From positions 123,566,001 through 123,630,000 of the forward strand of contig JBITNC010000001.1 in the NCBI GenBank assembly GCA_050084985.1: DNA of 64,000 nt, written 5' to 3'. The stretch's first letter is position 1. The number at the start of each line of letters is the position of its first letter. The notes under the pieces are model-generated. The model saw only the letters and a program-made list of their open reading frames with translations, had not been told where the DNA came from and searched no databases. Source of the stretch: Nageia nagi. Taxonomy: Eukaryota; Plantae; Pinophyta. Shown here in pieces: positions 1 through 13,921 of this stretch. The position numbers and the translations under genes are program-made.

Positions 1-179
1 AAAGTGGTCCTCACTTAAGTAATATTCTTTTTTCATGTCATTTAGTGACTAAATGTTAGTTCTATATCATTATCTTCATCACTAAGACATTCCATAAGTT
101 TGATTCAAATTTACAACAAGATTGAGACTTGCATTAATCTTCTAGTTTAAATTATCTTCAAAGATTTTTCTTCATGCGT

Positions 180-1110
180 CATTTTTGTACCAATTTTCAT
201 CCAAATCTATAAGGATTATTTTGAAAAAGAAGCATTTATTTATTTTTCTTCATATCATCTTGACACTAGACTATCCTACTAGATCTATTTACAAGTGTCT
301 AAGGATCCATGGTATTATCCAATATTTAATATCCATATACTCTTAGTTGTAGCCTGTATATTACTCTACTTTCTTCATAATAATATTTTTTCTCCTAGTT
401 GAGTTAAAATCCATAATATGGGTTACATCCTTAGCTTATGATTTCTTTAGGGACATTAGAATTTTCCTCATATTCATGACTAAGAAATACATTTACTTTC
501 TCTAATAATTGTGCCTCTTACTATATGTGAGATTCTCCCATATTATATTTTATACTTTTGATTTAATACTAAATTATCCTTTGTCATGTAATTATAAATG
601 GTTAAGGATTTACAGTGTTTTTATAAAGTTATTAAATTATGAAGTGTTTTGTTTCAATGAGCCATCAATTAATTATATTCATATTGTGGAACTCCTTCCC
701 TTTTATTGAACTCTTTTTCATGATGGGTTAAGACATTCGTAACCTATAATTACTTTAAAGACATTAATCCATATCTACACTCATAACTATGGTTTAGATA
801 TTTAGTATTACATAATTTGAAGTGTATTAGCATGTGCTTACATAATTATTTATTAACCCATGTGGAAAAATAAGTTTGAAATCAAGTTCTAAGTATCATT
901 TAAATTACCTTAATGAACATCTCATTACATCGGATAGTTGCCAATAGGTTTACAATATGAATCATGACTATCAATATGTTAGTAATTCTACATGAATGTA
1001 TTAATACATAATAATATATGAGATATTTAGATACATAATTATTTCCTATAGGAAATTTAAATCATTTTATTACAAAGATTTTGAATACCTTTAGTAAGAC
1101 TTTGTTTTTT
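180..1110 (+). pseudogene. Highly degenerate Ty1/copia RT/RNase H remnant
   Basis: Only faint copia-like traces (MVKDL near 598; LHEC and FSKTL near 985-1105). Position upstream of a PPT+LTR at 1671-1680 is consistent. No long ORF. Confidence 0.3.
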
Positions 1111-1679
1111 GAGGTTGCAAACAAACACAAAAATCAAAACATCATTTTATTTATTTATTTTTTTAATGATTGATGATATTTCTTATTCTTTGGCTGAGAA
1201 TGATAATACATTTTACACATATGATATATAGTTGATGATGTATGTCATCTTTGGTGTTGTGTGCATATGTGATGATGTGGTATATTTGATCAATTTATGG
1301 ATGACATCTATCTTATATGTGTATATATTATGCATCTAGTTGATCTTATTTTTTGATTTGCTTATAGCTTGTGGTTTCTTCTTAATATTGTAGGTTACTT
1401 TGAGTATACAAACTCATGGAGGCTCTTCATTTCAGCAAGATATTGAATGACTACTCTTGTATAAAGAAACCTTTTATTGGTTAATGATTGTATTGTAAAA
1501 AATATTTGTTAAAATGGTTAAGTAGTTGAGCCATTGTAGAACCATCTATATTCTATTACTTTCTCAAATATGTAAAAAGTTCTCATATCCACTTGTATCT
1601 CTTGGAGGAGAACTCTCTCTTAATTTCTCTTTCTTCTTTGTCTTTCCAACTTTCTACTCAATTTTACATTAAGGGGGAG

Positions 1680-2180
1680 TGTTGAAAATTATAATGTAAT
1701 ATTGTGTAATATTTATATTTAATGTAAATTCACTTATTGATTAAAGTATCTTTATATGCCTTAAAGTATTAAGGGAATAAAAATAGAAAGAGGAAGAAAA
1801 ATAGAAAAAGGAATAAATATAGAAAGAGAATAAATATAGAAACACCTTTAACCTTACTCGTGGGTAAAAATAAGGTTAAAGGGTGGGTTATTTTTATAAA
1901 TAGAGAGGTGCTCCTCTCATTATGTAAGTTGTTATAACTTGATGAAGCATGGTAATGCTTGTCATGTAGATTTATAGGAGAGTTATCTTTTGAGAAAGTA
2001 ATAGAATGATGGTTAAAAGTGGATGTACTCCCAAGAGATGGAAGAATCACTATACATGATGCATTATCTTTTGTATGATTATTTCTTATCTTGCTAGATG
2101 GATGAATATTAGATTTATTAGAGAAACTTCAAGGTGATCTTGGTTATAAGGAATCCTTTAATTCCATCAAATCCTTTACA
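1680..2180 (+). mobile_element. Probable 3' LTR of a copia element, preceded by a polypurine tract
   Basis: AAGGGGGAG (1671-1679) is directly followed by TGTTG. TATAAATAG box near 1895. The right end at ...CTTTACA (2180) is a guess because the partner LTR is not in the window. Confidence 0.5.
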
Positions 2181-2656
2181 TCTTCATATCCAAAAATCTT
2201 CCAATGATCCAAGGTTCATTGATCTTAAGTACTAGGATATGTTTATGAGTAATGAGGATAGGGAAAATCCATTTTTCCTTGACCATATGTAATTTCTACT
2301 AATACTTAAATTCTACAAAGTATGGATGTAAATATTGTATTACAATACCAATATACTTATTAGTACCATCTATAATAACTCCCAATTTGAATCTACTTAA
2401 CTTTCATAATTTGTAAATGCTTGTACATGATAGGTGAGTGATGTAGGCAAGAATTACTCTAGTTTCATTTTATTTCTAGAAGGTGACTCTGGATTGCAAG
2501 GAACTCATTTTGTAACTTGGTAAGGATACGATGACATCTAGAGATGTAGTATAACAATTACAATACCTACCAAATAGATATCATATTGATTCAAAAATAA
2601 TTATAAGCTATTCTATAAGGCGCATTTAGAAAATTCATGCTAGAGAATAGTATACT

Positions 2657-3969
2657 TGTGACACTCTCCATTCACTCCTTCCTTTAATACTTAGGTTAAT
2701 TCAAATGATTAAACCATTCTCATGGTCTCATATTGGATGAAATACTCATAAAAGTTTTAATAATATTTCTAATACTATAGTTTAACTTGTTTAGTCTTTT
2801 CTCTAGATAACTACACATGGGTATGCACAAAATATAATGCTATTCACATGCAATATGAAAACAAACACTTTAAATTTTCAAAGCACAAGCTTACATAAGA
2901 CCATTGATAATAAGGCATTATTAACTATTATTTCAACCTTGAATGCTAAAAAAATATCAAACAAATTTCCATACTATAACTAATCATCTTAGCTTTACTA
3001 GATAAAATGAGAAAAAGAATGCACCTAGGTACTTTGAGAAGAGAACTCTCTCTCCACGGGCTCTAAACTAATAATCTTGAAAAGATGAGAGCATGATAAG
3101 GTGCCTTTTTCCTTAAGGGTTCTCCCTTTATTTATAGCCAAGGTTGTATAATATTTTCAAAATGTGTTCAATCATCTATCTCAACAATTTTTGTTTGGAT
3201 AATGTAGGCACTCTTTTTTTGGTGTGGTAGGTCTCAAATAATTTTGTTGGCAAGTGTGGTGACATACAAAATATTTTTGATCTTTTATATTAGGTTACCA
3301 AAATATCCATAATTATTTTATGCACCTAACACAAGTAAACAATTTGTGTGGGGATTCCTCCTCCATTATTTTCATAATATCCTAAAATACGTTGTATCCT
3401 TCACAACATGACAATTAGTCCTTTTAACTATGATTTTTAATTTCACCCAATTTTTATTAAAATCCTTAGGTGAAAAATTTAAATTCAAATGAATAAATAT
3501 TCCTTACATCATTCAAAGTTAGTTAATAAATTTTGAAAATGCATATCAAATTTTTAACACTCACTTTTACCTACAATGACCCCTCCAACCCACAAGGTAA
3601 ATTCATTAGTGCACAAACACACCTACAATATCAAAATTGAATATTATTCATAATAATTATGTTATGCATCTATATGATCTACAATTTTCATTTGGGTTTA
3701 TCAATGAATCAACACCAATCATTTCCTCACTCTTACTAATTTGTTCCCATTAACCAACTCACCCTTGGTCCCTTGGGTCTTTAACCTGACTCCACATCTC
3801 GAGTCAAATTGTAACCTACATCATAAAATTTTAAAGCTAGCATCAAATTGACACAAATTAGGCACATGCCTACTCAAAATTACTCATTTCAAACATAAAT
3901 AGTCTTAATCACATTTAAATCATCAATTGTGTTTGAGTCTTAATATATGCAATTAGGTGGGTTGTTACA
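2657..3969 (-). mobile_element. Possible minus-strand gypsy-type LTR
   Basis: The minus strand starts TGTAACAACCC at 3969, has a CTATAAATA TATA box near 3130-3138, and a candidate end ...GTCACA at 2657. No matching TSD found. Confidence 0.3.
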
Positions 3970-6726
3970 TGACACATTATGATATGTCACCTTGAATTCC
4001 TTAAGTTTCTTGTTATGGTGGATCTTATTCAATTTTGGTTGTAGAACACACCATAGATTCTCTTATTCTTCTTCTTCAACATATTCATCTTCATCTCCAT
4101 AGCTTTCTCCACCTAGATGCCATGCCTTTATACTTATCATCTTCATGTTCTTGATCAAACAACTCATTGAACTATTGATCCATGTCATTGTCCTAGGTAG
4201 ATTTCTTTTTTTTCCAACCATCCACTCTCTTTCAATAGATTCATAATGGCTTTCCCCAATAGTGGTCTATTCAAATGTAAACTTCATCACTTTGGGTAAA
4301 AAAATCCCTCCACACTAGAAGAGTTGCTATTAAAATTATGTTGTCTAGCATTTAAGGCATGTACAAGCTCTTACTTTTTCATTTTTTAACCTTTTATTTT
4401 GATCAACTAGTATATTCATTTAGGTTTTTAGTTAGTTCTTATATCCTATTCATAAAAATATAGTTTCAAATTATACTCTTAACTATCTAAAATCTCCTTT
4501 AACTTTATGTCTATCAATTTCCTCTTAATCTCTACATGGATCCCTTATGTCTAATGATAATATCTTGAAATGAAAAAGAAGGGATTATACTAAGGCCTTC
4601 TTCCTTCTAGTGCCATATTCTAAATCAATATAATATAATTACTACTAAAATCTAAGGTAAATATTCATAAGTGACATAAAATGAAGTAATATGAGCCTCC
4701 TACCATAACTATTGATCTAATAATTATATTTTAATTAGTGAAGTAATAATCCCTTTTTTTATATTATTCATTATTAAAGCTTCTAAGGTTTTAGCTGATA
4801 ATCTAGGCATGGTGCACTTGAAAATCAAAGATATAACTAGACCTAAGAAATGATTTACAAAATTATAAAAGTTTCCAAATTCTGTAGAAATTTCTATTCA
4901 TTTATCTACATGCAACCTTAACTCATATTGATCCTTTACCCTCAATGGTATTTGGATGAATTTATCATGATGTTGAAAAGGGATGAAGCAAATGATGTAT
5001 GAGATATTGTGAATATGCATATCTCTAGTAGGTTTGTTAGTTATTCCACCATATTTCTTGATATATACTTTAACCAATTAAAATGAAATGCTTCAAGGGA
5101 TGGGTGATGGTGTTTCCAAGGATATAACCTGTTTTCCAAAACTATGAACAATATAGAATACACCATTTATATGCCATCAAAGAAGTAAGAAATGATCACT
5201 CTTCTTTTGGCATATCCTTATATGGTATCTTCACACAAGACACTATGTAGCTTCTAGAAAACCATCTCACCATATGCTTATTGTAGTAATTTATTTGCTC
5301 CCCTATGTTATCCTTTTTGGGATGTATGAGATCTCTAGTTTTGCTAGTGCTTACAAAGATCACTTTTGCTAAGAAATCTAAGACTACTTACATGTTTGTG
5401 ATCCTCACCAATCATTATTTTAGACTAACCAATTATTGGTATTATGTTGATTAGTTTTGGGGTTGGGTGAATTTTATTACAACCAACCAATAAAGCATGC
5501 TATTATTTGGTCTCTTACAAGTGATATTACCTTTTTTGTGAAAGTAAAATGGCTTGAGTTTAACCTTATATATTTTTGTAGCCTCCCAATTTGTGTATCC
5601 TTAATACCTTTTAATTGATCTATCCACTTGCTAGTTGATTCTCCATATCCTATTTTATGGTAAAGATAGGAGTTGACTTGCATGATGTAAGATGCACTAG
5701 AGAGTAATCACACAAGCTAACATTTGATGAGCAAGGTCCAACCTCCAATTTTATAGGTTGATCCTTGATGAACTAACCTCTTGAGAACTTCAATATCATG
5801 ACAATGTAACATATCCTATGACAAAGACCCTCTCCTAGACAAGCTACTTGTATTTTTAGATTGATAAAATGATCCCATAGACCCTAGGATGGCTAGTTTA
5901 TAGATATTATAGTGATGAATCCCATTAGGATGTTTCTTCATAGACAAAGATGTAAACTACAAGATTAGGGATTCATAGTTAAATTTTGACTTTTTTAGGT
6001 TATACCCTACTCAAATGGGTATGGAGTGCCTTTTTTTGAGGAAAATATATTCAATAAAGAGAGAAATAGGGATTAAAAAGAGTTTGGTACTTAGAGAAGT
6101 GTAGGGATATAGGTAAAGAATGGGAAATGATAGATCATGGGGCTAACCTAGGCTTCCAATGCATTAAACTAGAACCATAGAGAGGAAACCTAAATCACAA
6201 CCTTAAATTAAAGAAAACAAAATTATTCATATAAAGAGAATGAGGCATAATAGCTACTAATGAATCAATAACCATCATCTAAAATGCAAGAGTCCGTCAA
6301 ATCCAACAATTTAAGCATCATAGAATATAATCATTGAAACAAAAGAGAAAATATAGACAAACTTAAGTTGAATAAAAATAAGTGTTTCTCCATTATGGAG
6401 GAAAAGTTTCAATTAATTTTATCCTATTATATTATTAGGATCTCTATTTATAATAGATGATCTGGTCACTTGATAATACAATAACTAATTCTAAACTCAT
6501 TTACTACTTCACTAACTCTAGTTTTATGGAAATAATATAATTTACAACAAGATATTAACCTCCAAATAAATTAAAATACTTACTAAGATACTTCTAGACT
6601 AGTGGAGTATATCTTTCACACTTAATGCATGATCTGGTTGATTTAGAATTTTAGCTTCATGCATAATATTCATCATTAGATGGATGATTGTGTTTAGCAA
6701 TGCTAATTCACTTCTTGTGCATGCAT

Positions 6727-6900
6727 TGAGAAGTATAAACTTTAATTGATTTGAAAATGAAATCATTACATATATATATGTTTTAGATAAACTAAGAAAT
6801 AGGAATATTCTAAATATAACCCAAATTAGATGATCACACCTTTTTATAATCCAATCCATAAGCAAACTAGAAGTTTGAATAATATCCTAACATGATAGAC
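6727..6900 (-). repeat. Element B 3' LTR, distal fragment
   Basis: Aligns with 24572-24744 (gaagtataaac, tattctaaatataa and aacatgatagac are shared). Confidence 0.85.
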
Positions 6901-7160
6901 TATTAAATTATTTTATTACCTTGTTATGTATCCACCTCTATTGTTAAGTTCATTAGATTGATGATGTGACATCCTTATCCTCTTATCAAGTTTTTATGAT
7001 TCAATGGTATGGCTATCATTTATTGCTCTTGATATTTAAGCAAGATTATGTATCTCATTTCTTTAAGGAGAATGCAATCAACTATTTTGTGCTCATTTGT
7101 GATTCACTTTTGTTGTTTGATTTTTTTATCTTGAAAATGGTGTCTTCAATATTACTTTCA
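6901..7160 (+). repeat. Element A 5' LTR
   Basis: Aligns with 19836-20114 (attattttattaccttgtta, ttatcctcttatcaa, taaggagaatgcaatca). Confidence 0.85.
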
Positions 7161-8049
7161 TTCTATCAGATATTTGGTGGTTTTGAAGTGCTTCTGGGAG
7201 CATATTGTGTTGAGAGCATCAACCAACAATGTATAAATATCTTGCTATGCTATTTGTCTTCAACCTCTCGATGAGAGATTTAGTTGTTGGGCCTTCATCT
7301 AGTTTTTTGAAGGTTTTTTCCAATTTTTATTTAGATCAACAAGTTGGTGGATACATTTCTTGAGGGGTATAGTATTCTCTTTTTGAATAGACTACATTTT
7401 TGGCATGTTTGGCTAGCTAAAAAATGTCATTCTAAAGATAGTCACATTGTTTATTCTTTTTGTTGATCAAATTTAAATATTGAAGTAGATTTGGATACCC
7501 ATTTTTGAGATAAACAATTTGTGGTTTTTATCTTGCTCAATTTTGAGGTCAATTAACAAAGTTAGGAGCCTTGAAAGATTTGAAATTCTTTCCAATTTCA
7601 AATTAATTCTAGCAATTTTGGAGATCAACAATGTTAGTTTATTTTTGAGAGCATACAAAGATGTTTTTTAGAATTGTTAATTCAAATGGATTCTTGGCTT
7701 TGAGATAGACATTTCGCTACTCATACAACACCCTTTGGTCACTTTGTATCCCAAAATTTCATTTTGAAATTTTAGAATTAAGTTATTACTAATTTTTATC
7801 ATTAATTTAATTAATCCTTGAATACTTAATTACATTGAATCCACATACAGAGTCTATTTCTTGTGATTCTTTGTGCATTGGAATTATGACTTCATTTTAT
7901 TTATTTTGGATCATTCAAATTTTGCTCTTCTACCTTGTAAAGTGGACAATATAAGCCTTTTGGGGGGTATTATGTAGGTGCCAATTCAATGCACCCTTGT
8001 GTTTGCTTGTCTTCTTGTACTTTATTGTGATGGATTTTGCTTTTGGATT

Positions 8050-9096
8050 CACCATGGATGCTCTCACACTGCATAACTATCATCCTTGGAAACCATGCAT
8101 GTTGATCATCCTAGCACAAAGAGGCCTAAGTACACTAATTAAGAAGAAAATGTTCACATTCAAGACTAATTATGAAACATAGGTTTTCTCTAAATCACTA
8201 AACTGAAGCATTTGGGGCTAATACTAGTGAGAGTTTATTGTTTCACTTTGAAAATATTACTACTCACATGACATATGGGATAAATTGGATAAGTTCTTTG
8301 GTAAAATTTATACAATAAAATCAATGCAAATTGAGGCTCAACTTACCACATTATCCCCTAATGATTTTCCTACCATGGTTGACTATCTCACTAAGTTTAA
8401 GGAGTTGTATACATAATTGAAAGATAGTGGTCAAAAGAAAGAATAGAAAGATTGTATATTCTTGATTTTATCCAAATTGTTAGGACCTTTTTTCATGTAT
8501 TTTATTTGATGTTTCTTTCTACTATGGATACTTTGGGTTCTTCACATAAGATGCCTACTTTGGAAGAATTCTATGAGTAGTTCACAAGAGAAGAGATAAA
8601 ACTCTCGTTGTTAGATATGGTATCATCTTCTAGTAAGGAACTTGCAGCAACATCATCCATAGAAAAATTCAAGGCAAAGAACAAAAGGCTCCTCATTCTA
8701 AAGAGTCTCATCTTGATCAATATACCCCAAAGAGGGCAGTTTCACTTGTGACATTTATGGTAAGCTTGGTCATTCTGAGACCAATTGCTACAAGAAGTTG
8801 AATTCCTTGGAGAAAGCTATGAAAACAAATTATATTATTAACACTGAGGCCACTTGGAAGGCCTTGAATATTTTTGGATGGGTAACTTCATCTTTATCTA
8901 GTTGCATTATTGATCCAAGTGTTTCACACCAAATGACTTCATCTAGGAAGTCCTTTGCATCACTATGTTCTAGTTTAATTTCTGCTCTTGAGGTTGGTGA
9001 TTTTTCACATATTTTAGTGAAGGGTAAAGGTTATTTCCTTATTTATGGGGGGTGCATTCATGATGTTCTTTATGTTTTATACATCACTACCAACAT
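8050..9096 (+). pseudogene. Element A gag and aspartic protease (decayed)
   Basis: LTLHNYHPWK gag start, zinc-knuckle remnant CDIYGKLGHSETNC near 8747-8788, protease motif CIIDPSVSHQMT (copia consensus WIIDSGASHHMT), and IHDVLYV. Confidence 0.8.
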
Positions 9097-10112
9097 GGGT
9101 ACAAGAAGTTGGGTCCACTTTAAGGCCAAAAAGTGGAAGTGTTTTCCTTGATTTTTAAATTTAGATATGATTGATCTATGGAATCATGAAAAAGGACAAT
9201 AAGGTGAAAATGTAGTGTTTAGAGTCTAGTTTTTAAATATATAAGTTATTCTAATACTCTAATAATAGAGTCTAAAATTTGATAGGATGAAGAAAAACTA
9301 TAAAAAAAAACCATTTTTGAAGCATACCATGCTCATGTTCTTCCACCATAATTTGACTAAAATCAAGGTATTTTCTAAAATCCTTTTAGGAAAAGATACC
9401 TAACACATTAGAGCTTGTCCTAGATATTTTTCCATAATTTTTGAATTAATATGTTTTTATTAATTTTGTACTAGGCATGTTTCTAGTTTTGAAAAGTGCT
9501 TGTGTCTATCCACCATAATTTGTTCTAAACTTAATCATTTTCCAAACTTTTTTTTATTCTTGTAGAAAATTTTGTGAAGCTTGTCCCTATATAATGTTTT
9601 TTTTTCATAAATACCTAAAAAAAACTTATTAATAAAATATGAGACCCTCATATATCAAGTATATGGACCACTTTTACTAAACAATAATTTACAAATATTA
9701 AATCTTAGCCAATTGTAAAAAGAATTACATATTTTAAATCTACACTCTTTAATCTATAATGGGTTTTAATTTCATGGAAAAATTCTACTAAAAAATCCAT
9801 CAAATGTATGCCTAAAGTTGAGACTTTCTATTAAAATTGCCATGAACATATACTTGTAGGTCCAAGGCTAAGTGTTGACTCACTAAGCCTTTTCCAAGCT
9901 GAAATTTAAGGTGAAATCAGAGATTCAAAATAGGAATCTCGATAAATTAAGATCTTGATATTTATATGTATTTAAGATTTAAATATAAGGATCCTAATAT
10001 TTATTGGGATCCCAAACCTATATTAGGATCTTGATTTTTTTAACATTGAATTTTAACTTCATCAATTTTCCCCACTTCCCCTTTAAGTGGACCTAACTTC
10101 TTGCTTTCACCC
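9097..10112. mobile_element. Non-autonomous TIR DNA transposon (~1.0 kb, MULE- or hAT-like MITE)
   Basis: The left end gggt-acaagaagttgggtccactttaagg is the inverse of the right end cctttaagtggacctaacttcttgctttcaccc. 8-bp flanks accaacat/acctacct match at 6/8. Removing the element roughly restores the copia motif TTNLLSVYQI. Confidence 0.85.
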
Positions 10113-10554
10113 ACCTACCTACTCTTTGTGTATCAAATTTATGCTTCTAGTACTAGTTGAATAATGTTTTTTACTCCTCATTATTTTGAGATTCTTAGCA
10201 TAGAGGACCCTAGATCATTAATTTATTAGGGTATTATTTATCACTCTACTCACCTCTATGAGTTTGAGGGATTTTATGTGGATCCTCCTACTCCTTCTCT
10301 TCCTATGTTTTCATATGACAATAATGTTGATGATTCTATTGTGAACATTCTTGATAACTTTGTGGCTAGTCTTAAGATTCCTACTTTTGTTACTTCTATT
10401 TCTATTTTTGAGGATGAAACCTCTCTTATTTAGGACTCTCCTACTTCTCATCCTCATTCTATTGGTATGCTTTAGTCACTCAAGCTATTTTGAATGCTCC
10501 ATATTTAGACTCAAAGGCTACTAGCATCTCTATGGATTATAATAATTTGATGAT

Positions 10555-11535
10555 GATGATTCTATACAAATTGTACTTGCTCTAGCTTCTTTGTAAATAT
10601 GGTCAATATTTTAGTTGGATGTGTAAACTTCTTTTCTCTCTAATGAGATGGAATTATTTCTTCTCTCTTCTAGTGTTGTGGGATGTGCTTCTTATCCCAC
10701 TATCTATATTTAGATAAATTATGCTCACACTACCATCCTTTTGTTATGTGATGGTAATACTCTACTCTATAGTAGTTCTAGAACTCACATTCAATCTCTT
10801 TAACAATCCCTCTTTGTCTTTATCAAGGTGACAGACCTTGAAATAGCTCACTCTTTTCTAGTTACTCAAACAAATTTAGGAATCTCTCTTTTTTAGAAGC
10901 AGTATACCTTGGATCTTCTTTAGTAGTTTGGGATGGCTGATTGAATACCATATTTGAATACTTTTTAGAGTGAGGTTACTTTGAATTCCTATTGCACTAC
11001 ACCTTTTTGTGATGATACATTGTATCACTAGTTGGTTGGGAGTCTCTCACATCTCACTCACATTCGACTTGATATGTCTTATGTTATTGATATTTTTTCT
11101 TAGTTTACACATTCCCCTCCTAAGTCTCACTAGCTTGCATCTAAGAGGATTCTTCATTATTTAAATGGTACATAACACTTTGGTTTGTTCTATACAAGAG
11201 GTGATCTAATGTTGGTTGGTTATAACCAATTTTGATTTGGCTAGCTCTTCCATTGGTTGTCATTCTACTTTTGGCTATGTGTCTTTCCTTGGTAACTCTC
11301 CCATTTCTTGGTAATGCAAGATTCAATATACTAGTGCACTTTCATCCTTTGAGGCAAAGTATAAGGTAGTTGCTTATATGAGTCAAGAGGATCTCTATCA
11401 TCGATAATTGTTATATGAGTTTGGTTATTTTGAGAATCAATCTACATTTATTTAGTATGATAACTAGAGTGCCATCCATATCTTTCATAATCTTGTTGAG
11501 TATCCTCATTCTAGGAATATCCAAGATGATCTTCT
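10555..11535 (+). pseudogene. Element A partial RT and RNase H (first copy)
   Basis: SIQIVLALAS..WSIF*LDV*TSFL (copia RT QMDVKSAFL) and GYVSFLGNSPISW*CKIQ..ALSSFEAKY (copia RNase H). Many stops. Confidence 0.85.
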
Positions 11536-11844
11536 TGTTGGAATTATACCCTACATATCCCTAAGTCCTAAGTTAGTAGATTAATTAATTAGGATTAAGA
11601 GTATTTCCTAAAGTATTAGCTTGTGAGGAATATTTGGTCTATGTTGACCATATTCCATGCTTAGCCTATTTGTTAGGATAGGCATCACTTATTGTCTTAT
11701 AGTTCACGTAGGTGTGCTATTTGTGATATTTGTTATGGTGTGAGAATATTGCATCTCAACCATTTAGCTTGTCTTGTAATGGCTCACAAAGCCTATATAT
11801 GTAACTCATTTTCATGAGTAATATAGAACATTATAGTTCTCTCA
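11536..11844 (+). repeat. Element C 5' LTR (duplicate copy), followed by Met-PBS at 11847-11858
   Basis: TGTTGG...CTCTCA, 309 bp, identical by eye to 16044-16352. Preceded by CTTCT and followed by TGGTATCAGAGC. Confidence 0.95.
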
Positions 11845-12763
11845 ATTGGTATCAGAGCATAGTTGATTATTGGGTTAGAGTGAGTGAAGTCTTGAAGGAT
11901 CTTATCAAGCTCCTCAAGGACTGTCATCAAGTTATTGAGCTTGTGGATGCATTGCAAAGAATTTATCAAATTCTTGCAAGTGTGAGATCCAAAGACTTTG
12001 AATTGATCTGGGTAGACTATTGCTTCTGTTTGTGACCTAACATTGAGAAGCATGTGCAGCTAGATGAAAAGGAGACTGCACATTCATTTCTGAAGCGATA
12101 GAGGTCAAAGAGGAGAAGTCACATTATGAGAGGATATCTGCATGCATTGTAGGATCACATAGGAGACTCTGAAGGAGATGATGTTTGGTGACTTGATCTG
12201 TCATGTAGAGGAGATATTTCATGCATGAAGGAGCATGGAGGAGGTGCATGAAATGTGCATGAAGAGTAGCACATTGGAGAGTCGCATGAAGAATCATGTG
12301 GAGGAGCTCACGTAAGCTATGAGGAGATGTATGCGATTGGTAGCCTACATTGTGAGGAGACTTTGGTGTTGCTATGCTACATTTGGTGGCCCACATGAAG
12401 AAGAAGCTGCACAAAGGATGAACTGATCATGATGTTTACATGCTGCATGAGGAGCTCACGTAAGCTGGAGGAGTAGTGTGATGATCATGTGGTAGAGGAT
12501 GTGGAGGAGTGACATCCATAGAAGGTAGCATGAGACTAACCTGTGCTCATTTTGTGGATGTGAAGGGATCTACACCAGTGAGGAGAGATGTCCTATTGAA
12601 GCTGACCTGCCAAAATTGTGCATCCAAATCTGAGAAGGAGGTGGTTAAATGGCCATCTATTTTCATCTCTATTAATATCTAATTTTGATTACAGAGACTA
12701 AAAGACATTGAGAAAAGGCAATTAAATATTCCTTTTGATATGATTTTTTGTGTGCTAAAATAC

Positions 12764-13921
12764 ATGGATGAAGATATGTCTTATGGCATAAAAATTGAGG
12801 GTATTAATTTGACCCTAGAAGAAATTAAGGCTCTTATTGGTGAAGAGGAACTTTACATGTTTGGAGGGTATTGAGATGACCCATGTGATGAAAGTGAAAG
12901 TAAACCTATGAGAGTTGTTTACATGCTTGGTGATATGTCTATTGAAGACACATATGATGAAAACTATGAAGGAGAATTCCTTGGAGAGGAATTAGATTGG
13001 CCTTGTGATGATCCATGTCTTATGGAGGAGACATTTGAAGAGTGTTCATTGAAGACACCATTTCAGCCATATGATGATGAATGCTTCAAGGAAGAGGCAT
13101 ATTGTGAACCCATTCTTATGAAGGAGAATGAGGAGGAGTCAACCCAATGTTGGCAAGAGTTTTTTTTTGATAAAGAACAAGATGAAGACACCCTTGAGGA
13201 GGAGTGTTCCATGGCTGCAAACTACTCACATGGAGTAGAGAATATTGATGAAAAGGCTCAAATCATATGGGATGATGATTCCATTGCTCAATTTGATGGT
13301 GAAGACACCCAATGTGAATATCACCAAGAAGAAACTCTCAAGGAGGAGAGTGTATGTGAGAATCTTCTTCTTGTTGAGAAGAGAGGAGAAGATGAGGAAT
13401 GCTTCATGGAGGAGGCACATGATGATTATCTTATGAAGACAATATGGGATGATGATCTTAGAGAGGTCATTGATGAAGAAGAAATGGAGGCTATAAACTC
13501 CATGTTCATACAAGAAGATCACTCACCAAGAGTGAATGACAAAGTATATCTCAAGGAGGAGAGAAAGAATAGTGAGATAGTACTTTGTGAAGATGAATAT
13601 CTCAAGGAGGAGATAGAAGATAATGAGATAGCCATTGATGGACTTCATGGTGAAATGGAGGCATCAAAAGATCTTGAGAGTTGTCTTATAAAGGCAACAA
13701 TATGCAAAGAGGAACCATGGGAATTCCTTATCATGAATGAAGAAATGATTGCTTTAAAAGTAACATCAAAGGAAAGATTAATGTGGATATCTACTCACCA
13801 AAACATCATTAGAGGAAATGATTTCTTATTTTTTGGCTTATTTTCTAATGCTACTAATGAATGTTTGCTGATTAAATGTGTGAAGGATAGGTTGAAGGCT
13901 ATGGAGAATGGAGGAGAATAA
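12764..13921 (+). CDS. Acidic (E/D-rich) ORF of unknown function in element C, cut by the duplication junction
   Basis: 337-aa open frame from 12908. An upstream in-frame ATG at 12764 is separated from it by a single TGA. No gag/pol motifs recognised. Confidence 0.5.

Noticed and set aside
1769-2050. 93-aa hydrophobic ORF and similar short F/L/I-rich ORFs across the window
   Set aside because: Low-complexity translations of LTR or AT-rich DNA with no coding evidence.
4000-6720. Gypsy pol or PMD remnant in the flank that hosts element B
   Set aside because: Too degenerate. No motif could be read with confidence in either orientation.
11793-13522. Minus-strand ORFs within element C (11793-12053, 12124-12414, 13226-13522 and their duplicates)
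   Set aside because: They are shadow frames of purine-rich, repetitive plus-strand sequence, have no motifs, and one overlaps the LTR.
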